64,000 nt of DNA from an uncultured Chloroflexia bacterium (GTDB taxonomy: Bacteria; Chloroflexota; Limnocylindria; Limnocylindrales; CSP1-4), in the NCBI GenBank assembly GCA_963829295.1, contig CAWHHU010000006.1, positions 198,200 to 262,199 on the forward strand, given 5' to 3'. The position numbers were made by a program, and so were the translations under genes. Numbering within the stretch: position 1 is the stretch's first letter; each line of letters begins with the position of its first letter. A model generated the notes under the pieces. The model did no database searches. It was not told where the DNA came from and worked only from the letters and a program-made list of their open reading frames with translations. Positions 52,180 to 60,641 of this stretch are shown here, one piece after another.

Positions 52180-52809
52180 GTGCCCGGATCGCTGGGGATC
52201 CTGGGGGGGACGTTCGACCCCGTCCACAACGGCCACCTTGCGATCGCCGAGGAGGCCCGCGAAACCCTGGGCCTGGAGCGGGTCGTGCTCATCCCGGCGG
52301 CCTCTCCGCCCCACAAGCGCGGTCGCCCGATCACGGCTGCCGAGCACCGGCTGGCCATGCTGGAGCTGGCCACGGCCGGGAACCCGACCTTTGGCGTGAG
52401 CCGCATCGAGCTTGACAGGGGCGGCGTCTCGTACACCGTGGACACGCTCGAAGCCCTGCGCCAGGCCGGGCGGGCAGCCGGCGTGCAGGATGTCTGGTTC
52501 ATCCTGTCCTCGGAGGCCCTCGCCGGGTTCCCCGAATGGCGGGATCCCGATCGGATCCTCGAGCTGTGCCGGCTGGCGGTCGTCCCTCGCGGCGGGAACG
52601 ATCGACCCGATCTGGCCGGGGTGATGGATCGCTTTTCGGGCCGTGCGGATCGGTTCGTGTTCCTGTCGGGGCCCCTGTTGCCCATCTCCGGTAGCGTGGT
52701 GCGACGCCGGGTGGCAGCGGGGCGATCGATCCGCTACCTCGTGCCCGACGCCGTCGCGAGCTACATCGCCGACCATCGCCTGTACCTGGAACCCGTCGGA
52801 GGATCCTGA
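52180..52809 (+). CDS. nadD: Nicotinate-nucleotide adenylyltransferase
   Basis: 'LGILGGTFDPVHNGH' (HxGH) and later 'ISGSVVRRR'. GTG start. Confidence 0.85.
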   Translation: MPGSLGILGGTFDPVHNGHLAIAEEARETLGLERVVLIPAASPPHKRGRPITAAEHRLAMLELATAGNPTFGVSRIELDRGGVSYTVDTLEALRQAGRAAGVQDVWFILSSEALAGFPEWRDPDRILELCRLAVVPRGGNDRPDLAGVMDRFSGRADRFVFLSGPLLPISGSVVRRRVAAGRSIRYLVPDAVASYIADHRLYLEPVGGS

Positions 52810-52813
52810 CCAC

Positions 52814-53239
52814 GTGACCAAGTCCGCTGCCTCGTCCACCACCCCCCGCCCCGATGGCCTTCCGTCACGCGACACGGCGGCGCCGGCCGCCGATCGTGCG
52901 GCGCTCGAGCTCGCCCGGCGGATCGTCGAGCTGGCAGAGGACAAGAAGGCGGCCGACATCGTGCTTCTCGACCTTGCCGGGCTCACCACGGTTGCCGATG
53001 CATTCGTGATCTGCTCGGGGGGCTCCGAGCGCCAGATCTCCGGGATCGCGGACGGGATCCTCGAAGGGCTGCGGAACGAGGCAGTCAAGCCGATCGGTCG
53101 CGAGGGCACACCCGAGTCGCACTGGGTCCTGCTGGACTTCGGCGCCGTCATCGTCCACGTGTTCACGCCACCCGAGCGCGACTACTACCAGCTCGAGCGT
53201 CACTGGTCCGGGGCGCGGACGGTACTTCGAGTGCAGTAG
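52814..53239 (+). CDS. rsfS: Ribosome silencing factor RsfS (Iojap)
   Basis: 'KKAADIVLLDLAGLTTVADAFVICSG...WVLLDFGAVIVHVF' matches the RsfS family. Conserved obg-nadD-rsfS order. Confidence 0.8.
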   Translation: MTKSAASSTTPRPDGLPSRDTAAPAADRAALELARRIVELAEDKKAADIVLLDLAGLTTVADAFVICSGGSERQISGIADGILEGLRNEAVKPIGREGTPESHWVLLDFGAVIVHVFTPPERDYYQLERHWSGARTVLRVQ

Positions 53240-53377
53240 CGGCGCACCGTCGAGCGTCGGTCCGGTTGGGTACCGGCGGGAGCGGTACCCCTGGGCCATG
53301 TCCCGCGTGCACCACCGTTCCTAGCATCGATCTCGAGTCGTCGACCATCCTGGCCGGCGCCACCGGAGAACGACCCG

Positions 53378-53632
53378 ATGTCGGGCCTGCGAGATCGCTG
53401 CCCTGGTTGCAGCCGCCACCTCATCATCACCCGGTTCGATACCACGTTCCGGCTTCCCGACCGGACGGAGCGGCTGTGCTTCGGCGTTCCCGGTGGCCTG
53501 TGCGAGGACTGCCACCAGCTGTACATCGATCCCGAGCTGATCGAGCTCCTCGACCTGGGCGAGAGCCGATGCGTGTTCGCGATCGAGAGTGACGTGGTCC
53601 TTCAGGAAGAGGCCTGGTCCTCGGCCGAATAG
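53378..53632 (+). CDS. Small zinc-ribbon hypothetical protein (CPGC...CEDC)
   Basis: 84 aa with two CxxC pairs. It overlaps the holA 3' end by ~30 nt in convergent orientation. Confidence 0.4.
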   Translation: MSGLRDRCPGCSRHLIITRFDTTFRLPDRTERLCFGVPGGLCEDCHQLYIDPELIELLDLGESRCVFAIESDVVLQEEAWSSAE

Positions 53633-54720
53633 GACGGGCCGGCGGGCCGGCTGTCAGCGGTCCCGGTCAGCGCACGGTCGCCTGCACCCGGCGCCACACG
53701 ATCTCGAAGCCAGACAGCGAAGGCGAGTCGACGCTGGCCCTCGCTCGCCCCGGCTCCGGGGGCCCCCTTGACCATCGCATCGAGCTCCAGCAGCCCGTCG
53801 AGCGCGTCCTCGAGCTCCGACGACGTCCAGCGGCGCGCCTGCCCGACGAGCTTCTCGACCCGGAACGGCTTCATGCCCAGGGTTCGCACCAGGCTCCCCG
53901 CCGTCGCACCCTGTGCGAGATGGTCGGCGACCTCGGTCAGCTCGCGGAGGCGGCGATGGAGCTGCACGAGCACGACCGGCTCTGGAGTCGTATCCAGGAG
54001 ACGGTCGAGGGCAGGGGCTGCGACGGCCGTGCGTCGCTCCGCGATCGCATCGAGCATCGCCCACGTCGAGTCGGGCACGACCTCCACCACCAGGGCGGCG
54101 ACGTCGGCCTCGGTGATCGAATCGTGGGGTCGGTAGAGCGCCAGCTTGTCGAGCTCGCCGACCGCCAGCGCGCCCTGCCGCGCGCGATCGACGTCACCCT
54201 CGCGGACGAATGCGCCGACCCGGCGCGCCAGCTCCTTCGCGGCACCCGGTCCCAGCTGCAGCCCCCGCTCCCTGGCCCTGCCTTCGATCCAGCCGGCCAG
54301 CTCGCCGCCCTGTGGTGCCTTGAACGTCCGGACGTCCCCGCCGCCGCGAGCAACGGCCGTCTCGAGGCCCTGCAGCGCGGCCGGTCGCCGGGCCCCTCGT
54401 TCGCCGATCTCCACGAACACGAGCGCGTTGCCCGGGGCCACCGCGCCGATCGCCCGCTCGAGCGCCTCCCGATCCGCCTTCGAGCGGAGGAGGGGCGCCG
54501 GATCGGCAATCAGGGCGAGCGTGCCACCGCCGAACATGGGGGCGGTCGCCACTCGCTCGGTGATCGCCATCGCGTCCGTCTCGGCACCCTGCACGCGCCA
54601 TCGCTCCGGCGCGGCGCCAGAGGCCTGGTCCATGCGGTGCGCGATGCCGGCCACCGCCCGGTCGGTCCCGTAACCGTCGTCGCCGCGCAGGTAGGCGATG
54701 ATCGGAACGTCGGCGGTCAT
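53602..54720 (-). CDS. holA: DNA polymerase III subunit delta
   Basis: Delta-subunit-like clamp-loader architecture; sits downstream of comEC in the conserved comEA-comEC-holA order. The low-complexity C-terminal tail is not conserved. Confidence 0.65.
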   Translation of the reverse strand: MTADVPIIAYLRGDDGYGTDRAVAGIAHRMDQASGAAPERWRVQGAETDAMAITERVATAPMFGGGTLALIADPAPLLRSKADREALERAIGAVAPGNALVFVEIGERGARRPAALQGLETAVARGGGDVRTFKAPQGGELAGWIEGRARERGLQLGPGAAKELARRVGAFVREGDVDRARQGALAVGELDKLALYRPHDSITEADVAALVVEVVPDSTWAMLDAIAERRTAVAAPALDRLLDTTPEPVVLVQLHRRLRELTEVADHLAQGATAGSLVRTLGMKPFRVEKLVGQARRWTSSELEDALDGLLELDAMVKGAPGAGASEGQRRLAFAVWLRDRVAPGAGDRALTGTADSRPAGPSYSAEDQASS

Positions 54721-55343
54721 CGCGCGGCCTCACCCAGCGTTCGCCCGGCCCAGCGGAGCCGACGCACCTGATCCGGTCGAACGCGAGCGATCGCACACAC
54801 ACCCTGTTCCAGGGCGCGTGCCCGGGCTTCCGCGACGGCGAGGGTTGCCTCGGTCCACGCCGTGCCACCGGTCCGTGGCACGCGGGTCTCGGACCCGGGG
54901 GGGTATCGCCGTCGCCACGAGGCAAAGCGCGCCGACATCGGCTCCAGCCGCTGCGAGCCTCGCTTGTCGGCATAGGCGACGATTCGCGCCTCGAGCCCGG
55001 CTGCCTCGAGCCAGGTGGCGCCTTCAGGTCCGGCCAGGAACGTGATCGCATGACCGCGAACCACCGGCGCCAGCTCGCCCCAGCCCTGGGCCGCCAGGTA
55101 GGCCGCCGATCCCTCGCCGTGCCGGAGGTGGCCGGGCGGCCGGACGGCCGGAAGCTTGTCCACGTCGTGCAGCAAGGCGGCGGTCTCCACCAGCCGCACG
55201 TCCACGGCGGCACCGGAGGCCGACGCGCGGCGGGCCAGCCATGCGGCGATGTCGGCGACCACGCACGCGTGCCGAGCGAACCAATCCGGCGGATCGAGGG
55301 AGCACAGCAGGCGGGCGGCCTCGCGCCGGTCGGGGATCGTCAT
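54717..55343 (-). CDS. HD-domain phosphohydrolase (YqeK-like)
   Basis: 'ARHACVVADIAAW' (first His) and 'LLHDVDK' (the HD motif). Start at 'MTIPDRR' overlaps the holA start (ATGA). Confidence 0.65.
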   Translation of the reverse strand: MTIPDRREAARLLCSLDPPDWFARHACVVADIAAWLARRASASGAAVDVRLVETAALLHDVDKLPAVRPPGHLRHGEGSAAYLAAQGWGELAPVVRGHAITFLAGPEGATWLEAAGLEARIVAYADKRGSQRLEPMSARFASWRRRYPPGSETRVPRTGGTAWTEATLAVAEARARALEQGVCAIARVRPDQVRRLRWAGRTLGEAAR

Positions 55344-58026
55344 CCCCCGGATCGTAGCCCGTGCGGGCGGCCACCGCCGCCCGCACGGCGCCGCCCGCCA
55401 TCGATGTGCCGGCCATGGTGCCCGGGTTGCCGGGTGACTGCCCCTCGGCCCGGGCGACCAAGACGCCATCGCTCCGGGAGGTCACCCGGCCACCGCTCGT
55501 ATGGACGACCACACCGCTGGTGGTCAGATCGAGGGTGACCGTCCCGTCCCGGTCGGTCCGGAGGACCCTCGCGCCGCTGGATCGGAGTCGCGCCAGCGTG
55601 GCTGGGGCTGGATGCCCGTAGTCGTTGTGCGCCCCGACCGAGACCACCGCGATCGACGGCCGGAGGGCATCGATCAGCGCCTGGCTGGTCGCGGTCGCGC
55701 TACCGTGATGCGCCACCTTGAGCACGTCCACGCGTGGCAGCCCGCGGGCGACCAGCGTCGGGTCCACGTCATCCTCGGCGTCGCCGCTGAGCAGGAAGCG
55801 CCGCCCGTTGGCCGTGCCCAGCAGCACGATCGAGGTGTCGTTGATCTGCCGGCCCGTCGTCCCCGGCTCGAGCCCCACCGTACCCGGGTCCGGCCACAGG
55901 ACGTCAAGGTGGATCTCTCCGAGATCGATGTGCTGCCCGGTCGCCAGCGTCCCGCGCGGCGGCGATCCACGCCGGAGCAGCGCATCCCATGCGTGCCAGC
56001 CGGGTCCCGGACCGTGCATCCCCGGCTCGTAGACACGGCCGACCGCATACCGCTCGAGCACTCGGACGAGCCCGGCGACGTGGTCCTCGTGAGGGTGGGT
56101 CAGGACCACGATGTCGATCCGACGATCCCAGGGCGGGATCTGTTGGCCGAGGAGGACCATCAACCGCTCCGGGTCAGGGCCGCCGTCGATGAGCATGCGC
56201 GGTCCGCCCGCGCTCTCCAGCAGGATCGCGTCACCCTGGCCGACGTCGAGGATCGTCAGGCGCGTGGAACGGGTCGATGCGCTCACGACCACCGTCGCAC
56301 CGACCGAGCCGACGATGACGGCCGCCACGAGGACCGCCCGGGTGGCGGCGGTGAGCCGCGGGATCGCCGGCCGGCGTCCCCGGCCGCCGGGGCTGCGACG
56401 CCGCGATCCTGGCGCGAGGGACGTCAGGGCCCCCGGAGCCTGGCCCGCCCCAGCGGGCTCCGGTCCGCCACCCCGACGCCGGCGACGTCGCAGGCCGGCG
56501 ATGGCGGCGATCGCGAGTGCCGCGCCGAAGGCGCACGGCAGCGTCAGCTCGGCCGGGATCGAGATCGCCGCGATGGGCAGCGCCGCAGCGGCTCGCACGA
56601 TGGTCACGACGAGGTGCAGCACGATCCAGGCCGGCAGCCCTGCCAGCATCGCGAGCCACCCGGGCGCCCCCACCGATTCCGCCCAGCCGCCGAGCAGCGC
56701 GAGCAGGCCTCCGGCCATCCCTACCGGCACGAGGGGCACGACCAGCAGGTTGACGGCGGGCGCGACCAGCGACAGCCGTCCGAACGTTGCGAGCACGTCG
56801 GGCAGGGTGGCGGCCTGCGCAGCCAGGGAGATCCCCAGACTCTCGGTGAGCCATCGGGGTAGACGCTTTCCGGTTCGCTCGCCGATCCAACGGCCGAGTG
56901 GCGCGGACCAGGCGATCAGGCCAGCGGTTGCCGCCACGGACAGCCGGAAGCCGGCGTCACCGATCATCTCGGGGCTCAACACGAGCAGCAGCGTTTCGGC
57001 CCAGGCGAGCGCGGCCGGGGCCCGGCCGGCACGCCCGCTCTCCCGGGCCAGGAGCACCACCGATGCCATCACGGCCGCGCGCACGACCGAAGGCGAGGCG
57101 CCGGCGGCGACGACGTAGCCGGCGATCGTGGCCCCGACCACGACGGCGATCAGGCGCCGTGGTCGCCCGCGGAGCAGGGCCCCGACGATCCCTGCGACGA
57201 TCGCGATGTTCCATCCCGAGATGGCGACGATGTGGCTGACACCAGCCGTCGCGAACGCGGCCGCGAGATCCCGGTCCACCCGCTCCCGGAGGCCGATCAG
57301 GATGGCTGCGGCGAGGCCCGCCTCCGGTTCGGGGAGCGCGAGCCGCAAGGCATCGCCGGCGCCGTCGCGGATCGATTGGACGGAGCCGGACGCGCCGCGC
57401 GCGAGCACGCTGACCCGCGTTCCGTCGAGCGAGCCCGAGGCGCCTGTTCGGGTGAGGTATGCGCCGTACGGGTCGTCCGGCGGCGGCGGCCGGAGGCGAC
57501 CGTCGACCTCGATTCGATCACCGGCGCGGATCTCAGGAAAGCCGGGCAGCGTCGCGGCAACCACGATCGAGAAGGGCCCCACGCTGTCGAGCCCGCCCCG
57601 GTCGATCGCATTGGCCGGGGAGGTGACAGGGGCAACGCCAAGTCGCAGACGCGCAACCTGATCACCGTCCCGCGGCGCTCCGATGGACTCGACGATCGCC
57701 ACCCAAGGTCCGTGGCCCGACGCGGGCAGCGGCTGCGGGGGAGCCGACACCGGGCCGAGCGCCAGCCTGAGCCCGATGGCGATCAGGCCTGCCCCCAGCC
57801 CGAACAGCGTCGTCGATCCCGGCCGATGCCCGGCGATGGCCGCGGAAGCTGCCGCGACCAGAGCCGCTCCCAGGCTGACCGCGACCCACGGCGAGCTGCC
57901 GACTGCGGCGACCGCCGCACCGGCCGCCGCGCCCATGGCCAGCCATGCGCTGCGCGGGACTGGGGCTCGCCCGTCGGTCATTCGATCGCCGGCCGACGTT
58001 GCCCCTTGCCCCACCCGTGGGAGCAT
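55024..58026 (-). CDS. comEC: DNA internalization competence protein ComEC/Rec2 (membrane competence domain + MBL domain)
   Basis: Polytopic N-terminus, and MBL domain 'VVLTHPHEDHVAG...SGDAEDD...VAHHGSA'. The ORF has no stop until 55024, which gives a ~105-aa Arg-rich tail overlapping the HD gene. Confidence 0.8.
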   Translation of the reverse strand: MLPRVGQGATSAGDRMTDGRAPVPRSAWLAMGAAAGAAVAAVGSSPWVAVSLGAALVAAASAAIAGHRPGSTTLFGLGAGLIAIGLRLALGPVSAPPQPLPASGHGPWVAIVESIGAPRDGDQVARLRLGVAPVTSPANAIDRGGLDSVGPFSIVVAATLPGFPEIRAGDRIEVDGRLRPPPPDDPYGAYLTRTGASGSLDGTRVSVLARGASGSVQSIRDGAGDALRLALPEPEAGLAAAILIGLRERVDRDLAAAFATAGVSHIVAISGWNIAIVAGIVGALLRGRPRRLIAVVVGATIAGYVVAAGASPSVVRAAVMASVVLLARESGRAGRAPAALAWAETLLLVLSPEMIGDAGFRLSVAATAGLIAWSAPLGRWIGERTGKRLPRWLTESLGISLAAQAATLPDVLATFGRLSLVAPAVNLLVVPLVPVGMAGGLLALLGGWAESVGAPGWLAMLAGLPAWIVLHLVVTIVRAAAALPIAAISIPAELTLPCAFGAALAIAAIAGLRRRRRRGGGPEPAGAGQAPGALTSLAPGSRRRSPGGRGRRPAIPRLTAATRAVLVAAVIVGSVGATVVVSASTRSTRLTILDVGQGDAILLESAGGPRMLIDGGPDPERLMVLLGQQIPPWDRRIDIVVLTHPHEDHVAGLVRVLERYAVGRVYEPGMHGPGPGWHAWDALLRRGSPPRGTLATGQHIDLGEIHLDVLWPDPGTVGLEPGTTGRQINDTSIVLLGTANGRRFLLSGDAEDDVDPTLVARGLPRVDVLKVAHHGSATATSQALIDALRPSIAVVSVGAHNDYGHPAPATLARLRSSGARVLRTDRDGTVTLDLTTSGVVVHTSGGRVTSRSDGVLVARAEGQSPGNPGTMAGTSMAGGAVRAAVAARTGYDPGDDDPRPARGRPPAVLPRSAGLVRSARVRGRRHRRMAGPPRVGLRCRRGRAAGGDRRLAARRGQASGRPAARPPPARRGIGGLPGGPGLGRAGAGGSRSCDHVPGRT

Positions 58027-58042
58027 GACCCACGGATCGAGC

Positions 58043-58804
58043 TCATGGCCCGACTGTGACCAGGCTTCGGATCTTGTCCAGCGTCGAGCTGCCAACCACC
58101 TTGCGGGTGGCGAAGTCATCGAGCGACGCGAACGGTTGCTGCTCTCTCGCGGCGATGATCTTGGCGGCCGTCACCGGGCCGACACCGGGCAAGGTGTCGA
58201 GCTGCGCGGCGGTGGCTCGATTGAGGTCGACCGGCGTCGTTGCCAGCGATCCACCCGGGGCTGCCGTTCCTGTCGCTGCTGGAGGCGAGTCACCGCGCGC
58301 CGGGACGTGAATCTGATCGCCATCGCGGACGACGGCCGCCAGGTTGACCTCCACATCGACACGTTCGGCATCGACCCTGGCGCTGTAGCCTCCGGCGGCC
58401 GCGACGGCATCGCCCACGCGAGCGCCGGACGGCAGGCGATAGACGCCCGGGTTGGCCACGGCGCCGCCGACATCGACCACCACCACGGCGGTCCTGCCAG
58501 CGGGGCTCGCCACCACCGCGCCGGCCGGCTGCTCCGACGACACGGCGGCGAGCGGGGCGTCAACCAGGACGCCTGGATCGGGCCTCATGGCGATCACGAG
58601 GGCCACGACCGTGACACCCGCGGCAAGCAGCACGCCGGAGATTGCCAGCCACGGGACAGCGGCCGGCGACGTCTCCCGGACGGCGGGCTCGGTTTCGGTT
58701 TCCTCGAGGACGCGCCACGGCGCGCTGGACGGCTCCACGGTCTCGGTCGACTCCGGGGCGGGCCGGCGGGCGATGGCGTCGAACATCCGCCTCGTTGGGG
58801 GCAC
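58043..58804 (-). CDS. comEA: ComEA (SLBB domain + C-terminal helix-hairpin-helix DNA-binding competence protein)
   Basis: Transmembrane anchor, 'VVVDVGGAVANPGVYRLPSGARVGDAVAAAGG' (SLBB) and 'VDLNRATAAQLDTLPGVGPVTAAKII' (HhH). The start is likely ATG 58786 rather than GTG 58804. Confidence 0.75.
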   Translation of the reverse strand: MPPTRRMFDAIARRPAPESTETVEPSSAPWRVLEETETEPAVRETSPAAVPWLAISGVLLAAGVTVVALVIAMRPDPGVLVDAPLAAVSSEQPAGAVVASPAGRTAVVVVDVGGAVANPGVYRLPSGARVGDAVAAAGGYSARVDAERVDVEVNLAAVVRDGDQIHVPARGDSPPAATGTAAPGGSLATTPVDLNRATAAQLDTLPGVGPVTAAKIIAAREQQPFASLDDFATRKVVGSSTLDKIRSLVTVGP

Positions 58805-58821
58805 CTCCGGCGAGGCGGATG
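58784..58821 (-). promoter_or_regulatory. 11-bp-stem hairpin (CATCCGCCTCG / CGAGGCGGATG, 16-nt loop containing GGAGG) spanning the comEA translation start
   Basis: Read directly; in the mRNA the 3' arm ends with the ATG of 'MFDAIARRP'. Confidence 0.6.
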
Positions 58822-58999
58822 TCCGTGTCGAAGACTACGTCGTGGCGCTTACTTGCGACTTACGCGGGATGCGTTGTACCTCGCCGCGGCTTCCCTGCCG
58901 GACGTCGGCGGCAGTCGCGGTGGGGCTGTCGGTCCCGGGCACGATGGCACTCGCGGTCGCCGGCGTGAGCATGCACCGGCGTCGCCTGCCGGATGAGAC

Positions 59000-59407
59000 T
59001 CAGGCGCTGAGCTGCTCCCACTCGACCCAGCGAGTGCCGTTCCACCAGCGGTGCCAGGTCAAGCCGTCGACTCCGGCGGCGAACACGTCGAGTCGATCCG
59101 GACCCGAGGAGGAGGCTGCGGGCGACGGCCCATGCACCAGCTTCCCACCCAGCGACTCCCATGGGTGCCAGCTCTCACCATCCCAGTATCGGTCCCACAA
59201 GGCGCCGTCATCGAAGACGGCGAAGACTTCCATCCGGTCGGGCGCCCAGGCTGTCACGGCGGGCGCGGATGCGAGCGCGCCCCCAAGCGACTCGGGGGCC
59301 TGCCAGGCATCGCCCTCCCGGGCTCGATGCCACAGCACCCGGGCGGCGCCGACCCAGAACAGGTCGATCCGACCGGGTGCCGCGGACACGGCTGCGACGT
59401 GACTCAT
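59000..59407 (-). CDS. Three-repeat AAL/RSL-type fucose-binding-lectin-like beta-propeller blade protein
   Basis: Three ~44-aa repeats: 'IDLFWVGAARVLWHRAREGDAWQAPESLGG', 'MEVFAVFDDGALWDRYWDGESWHPWESLGG' and 'LDVFAAGVDGLTWHRWWNGTRWVEWEQL'. These match the '(I/V)R(V/F)Y...G.(I/L).E..WDG.GW' blade consensus of Aleuria AAL, Ralstonia RSL and Burkholderia BambL. Confidence 0.6.
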   Translation of the reverse strand: MSHVAAVSAAPGRIDLFWVGAARVLWHRAREGDAWQAPESLGGALASAPAVTAWAPDRMEVFAVFDDGALWDRYWDGESWHPWESLGGKLVHGPSPAASSSGPDRLDVFAAGVDGLTWHRWWNGTRWVEWEQLSA

Positions 59408-59434
59408 CGTTGCCTCACCTCGGATCCGCCGCCA

Positions 59435-59683
59435 TCAGGCTGGCCGACCCTCGATGCGGGTCGCGATCGTGCAGGTAGCCTCCGAGACCGCATGCATAAC
59501 ATGACTGGCGGAGCGCACCGGCCGGGCGAGCCAGGCACGGACCCGGCTGAAGCGCGGCCCGGGTGCATCCCAGCCCTCGCCCCACTGGTCTTGGGCGAGA
59601 CGCCACTGCAGGGTCGCCCGTTCCGCTTCGCGAGCGCGCTGGTTGGCGAGGTCGATCGCGACCATCGCGTGGTACATCCACAT
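59435..59683 (-). CDS. Hypothetical 83-aa Trp-rich protein
   Basis: ATG with a GGAGG RBS 9 nt upstream; 'MWMYHAMVAIDLANQRAREAERATLQWRLAQDQWGEGW...'. It lies between the small peptide gene and the lectin-like gene on the same strand. Confidence 0.45.
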   Translation of the reverse strand: MWMYHAMVAIDLANQRAREAERATLQWRLAQDQWGEGWDAPGPRFSRVRAWLARPVRSASHVMHAVSEATCTIATRIEGRPA

Positions 59684-59723
59684 CTTCTCTGTTCCTCCGG
59701 GTGATCCGGTCCGTGGTCGTGGA

Positions 59724-59825
59724 TCAGCGGGACTCGAAGCCGTCGCGGCTTTCGTACCCTGCGATTGCCGCCACCAGGCCGAGCAGCGCGAGCATGGACA
59801 GTGCAATGGGGACCAGAACGTCCAT
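59724..59825 (-). CDS. 33-aa hydrophobic membrane peptide (not in the ORF track)
   Basis: ATG with GGAGA 9 nt upstream; 'MDVLVPIALSMLALLGLVAAIAGYESRDGFESR'. It is the first gene of the minus-strand mini-operon. Confidence 0.45.
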   Translation of the reverse strand: MDVLVPIALSMLALLGLVAAIAGYESRDGFESR

Positions 59826-59859
59826 GGTGAGTCTCCGTTGGCTCCAGGTGTAACCGGAT

Positions 59860-59935
59860 AACGTGTCTTTATCAGTTACGAACTGTACCGCCTTGCCTGT
59901 AACCTGTCAATAGGTTTACAGTGGTTACGCGTCCA
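59860..59935. promoter_or_regulatory. GTAAC/GTTAC-box cluster with near-perfect palindrome CTGTAACCT-gtcaat-AGGTTTACAG (59897-59921) in the divergent intergenic region
   Basis: Read directly; relatively AT-rich. It lies between the peptide/lectin operon (minus) and the zf-CGNR regulator (plus). Confidence 0.5.
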
Positions 59936-59957
59936 AAGACGGCATGAATTAACCGAT

Positions 59958-60641
59958 ATGAGCACTCCGACCACCTCGACCACCTCCACCAGCAGTCCGA
60001 TCTCGATCGTCGACGGGCCACCCACCGGCTCGAGCCACGCCCACAGCGTTGGGATCGACGCCTGCCTCGACCTCATCAACAGCGAGGAGCTCACGGATGG
60101 GGTGCCCGAGGAGCACCTGCCCACGGCGGACGATGCCGTGGCGTACTTCACGCTGCGCGGCCTCGCTCACGAGCCTTCGCTGCGCGCGCAGGTGGCCCGT
60201 GAGGGCGAACAGGGGTGGCTGGACCGCATCCATCGGATCCGCGCCGCCCTCCGCGAGGTATGGGACGCGGAGGTGGAGGAGCGCTTCCCGGATCAGGACG
60301 CGCTCGACCTGGTCAACGCCGCGCTTCGTCAGGCTCCCCGGATCGAGCTGATCCGGAGCGACACCTGCTGCGGCGTCGGGCATCGCCATTCGGAGGACGA
60401 TCCCACCGGCGAGGCGCTTGCGCGCGTGATCCAGCCGCTGATCGACGCGATCGCGGCCAATGCCACCGATCGCTTCCGGATCTGCGCCAACGACGGCTGT
60501 CGCTGGGTGTTCGAGGACACCTCGCGCGGCGGCCGTCGCCGCTGGTGCGACATGACCTCGTGCGGCAACCGGGCCAAGGTCCGTCGATACCGGTCACGAC
60601 ACCAGGGTGCCCACCCCGGTGACGAGCGGGTCGCCGGCTAG
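59958..60641 (+). CDS. ABATE-domain / zf-CGNR zinc-finger putative transcription regulator
   Basis: C-terminal 'RICANDGCRWVFEDTSRGGRRRWCDMTSCGNRAKVRRYR' (CGNR zinc-finger motif). Confidence 0.75.
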   Translation: MSTPTTSTTSTSSPISIVDGPPTGSSHAHSVGIDACLDLINSEELTDGVPEEHLPTADDAVAYFTLRGLAHEPSLRAQVAREGEQGWLDRIHRIRAALREVWDAEVEERFPDQDALDLVNAALRQAPRIELIRSDTCCGVGHRHSEDDPTGEALARVIQPLIDAIAANATDRFRICANDGCRWVFEDTSRGGRRRWCDMTSCGNRAKVRRYRSRHQGAHPGDERVAG

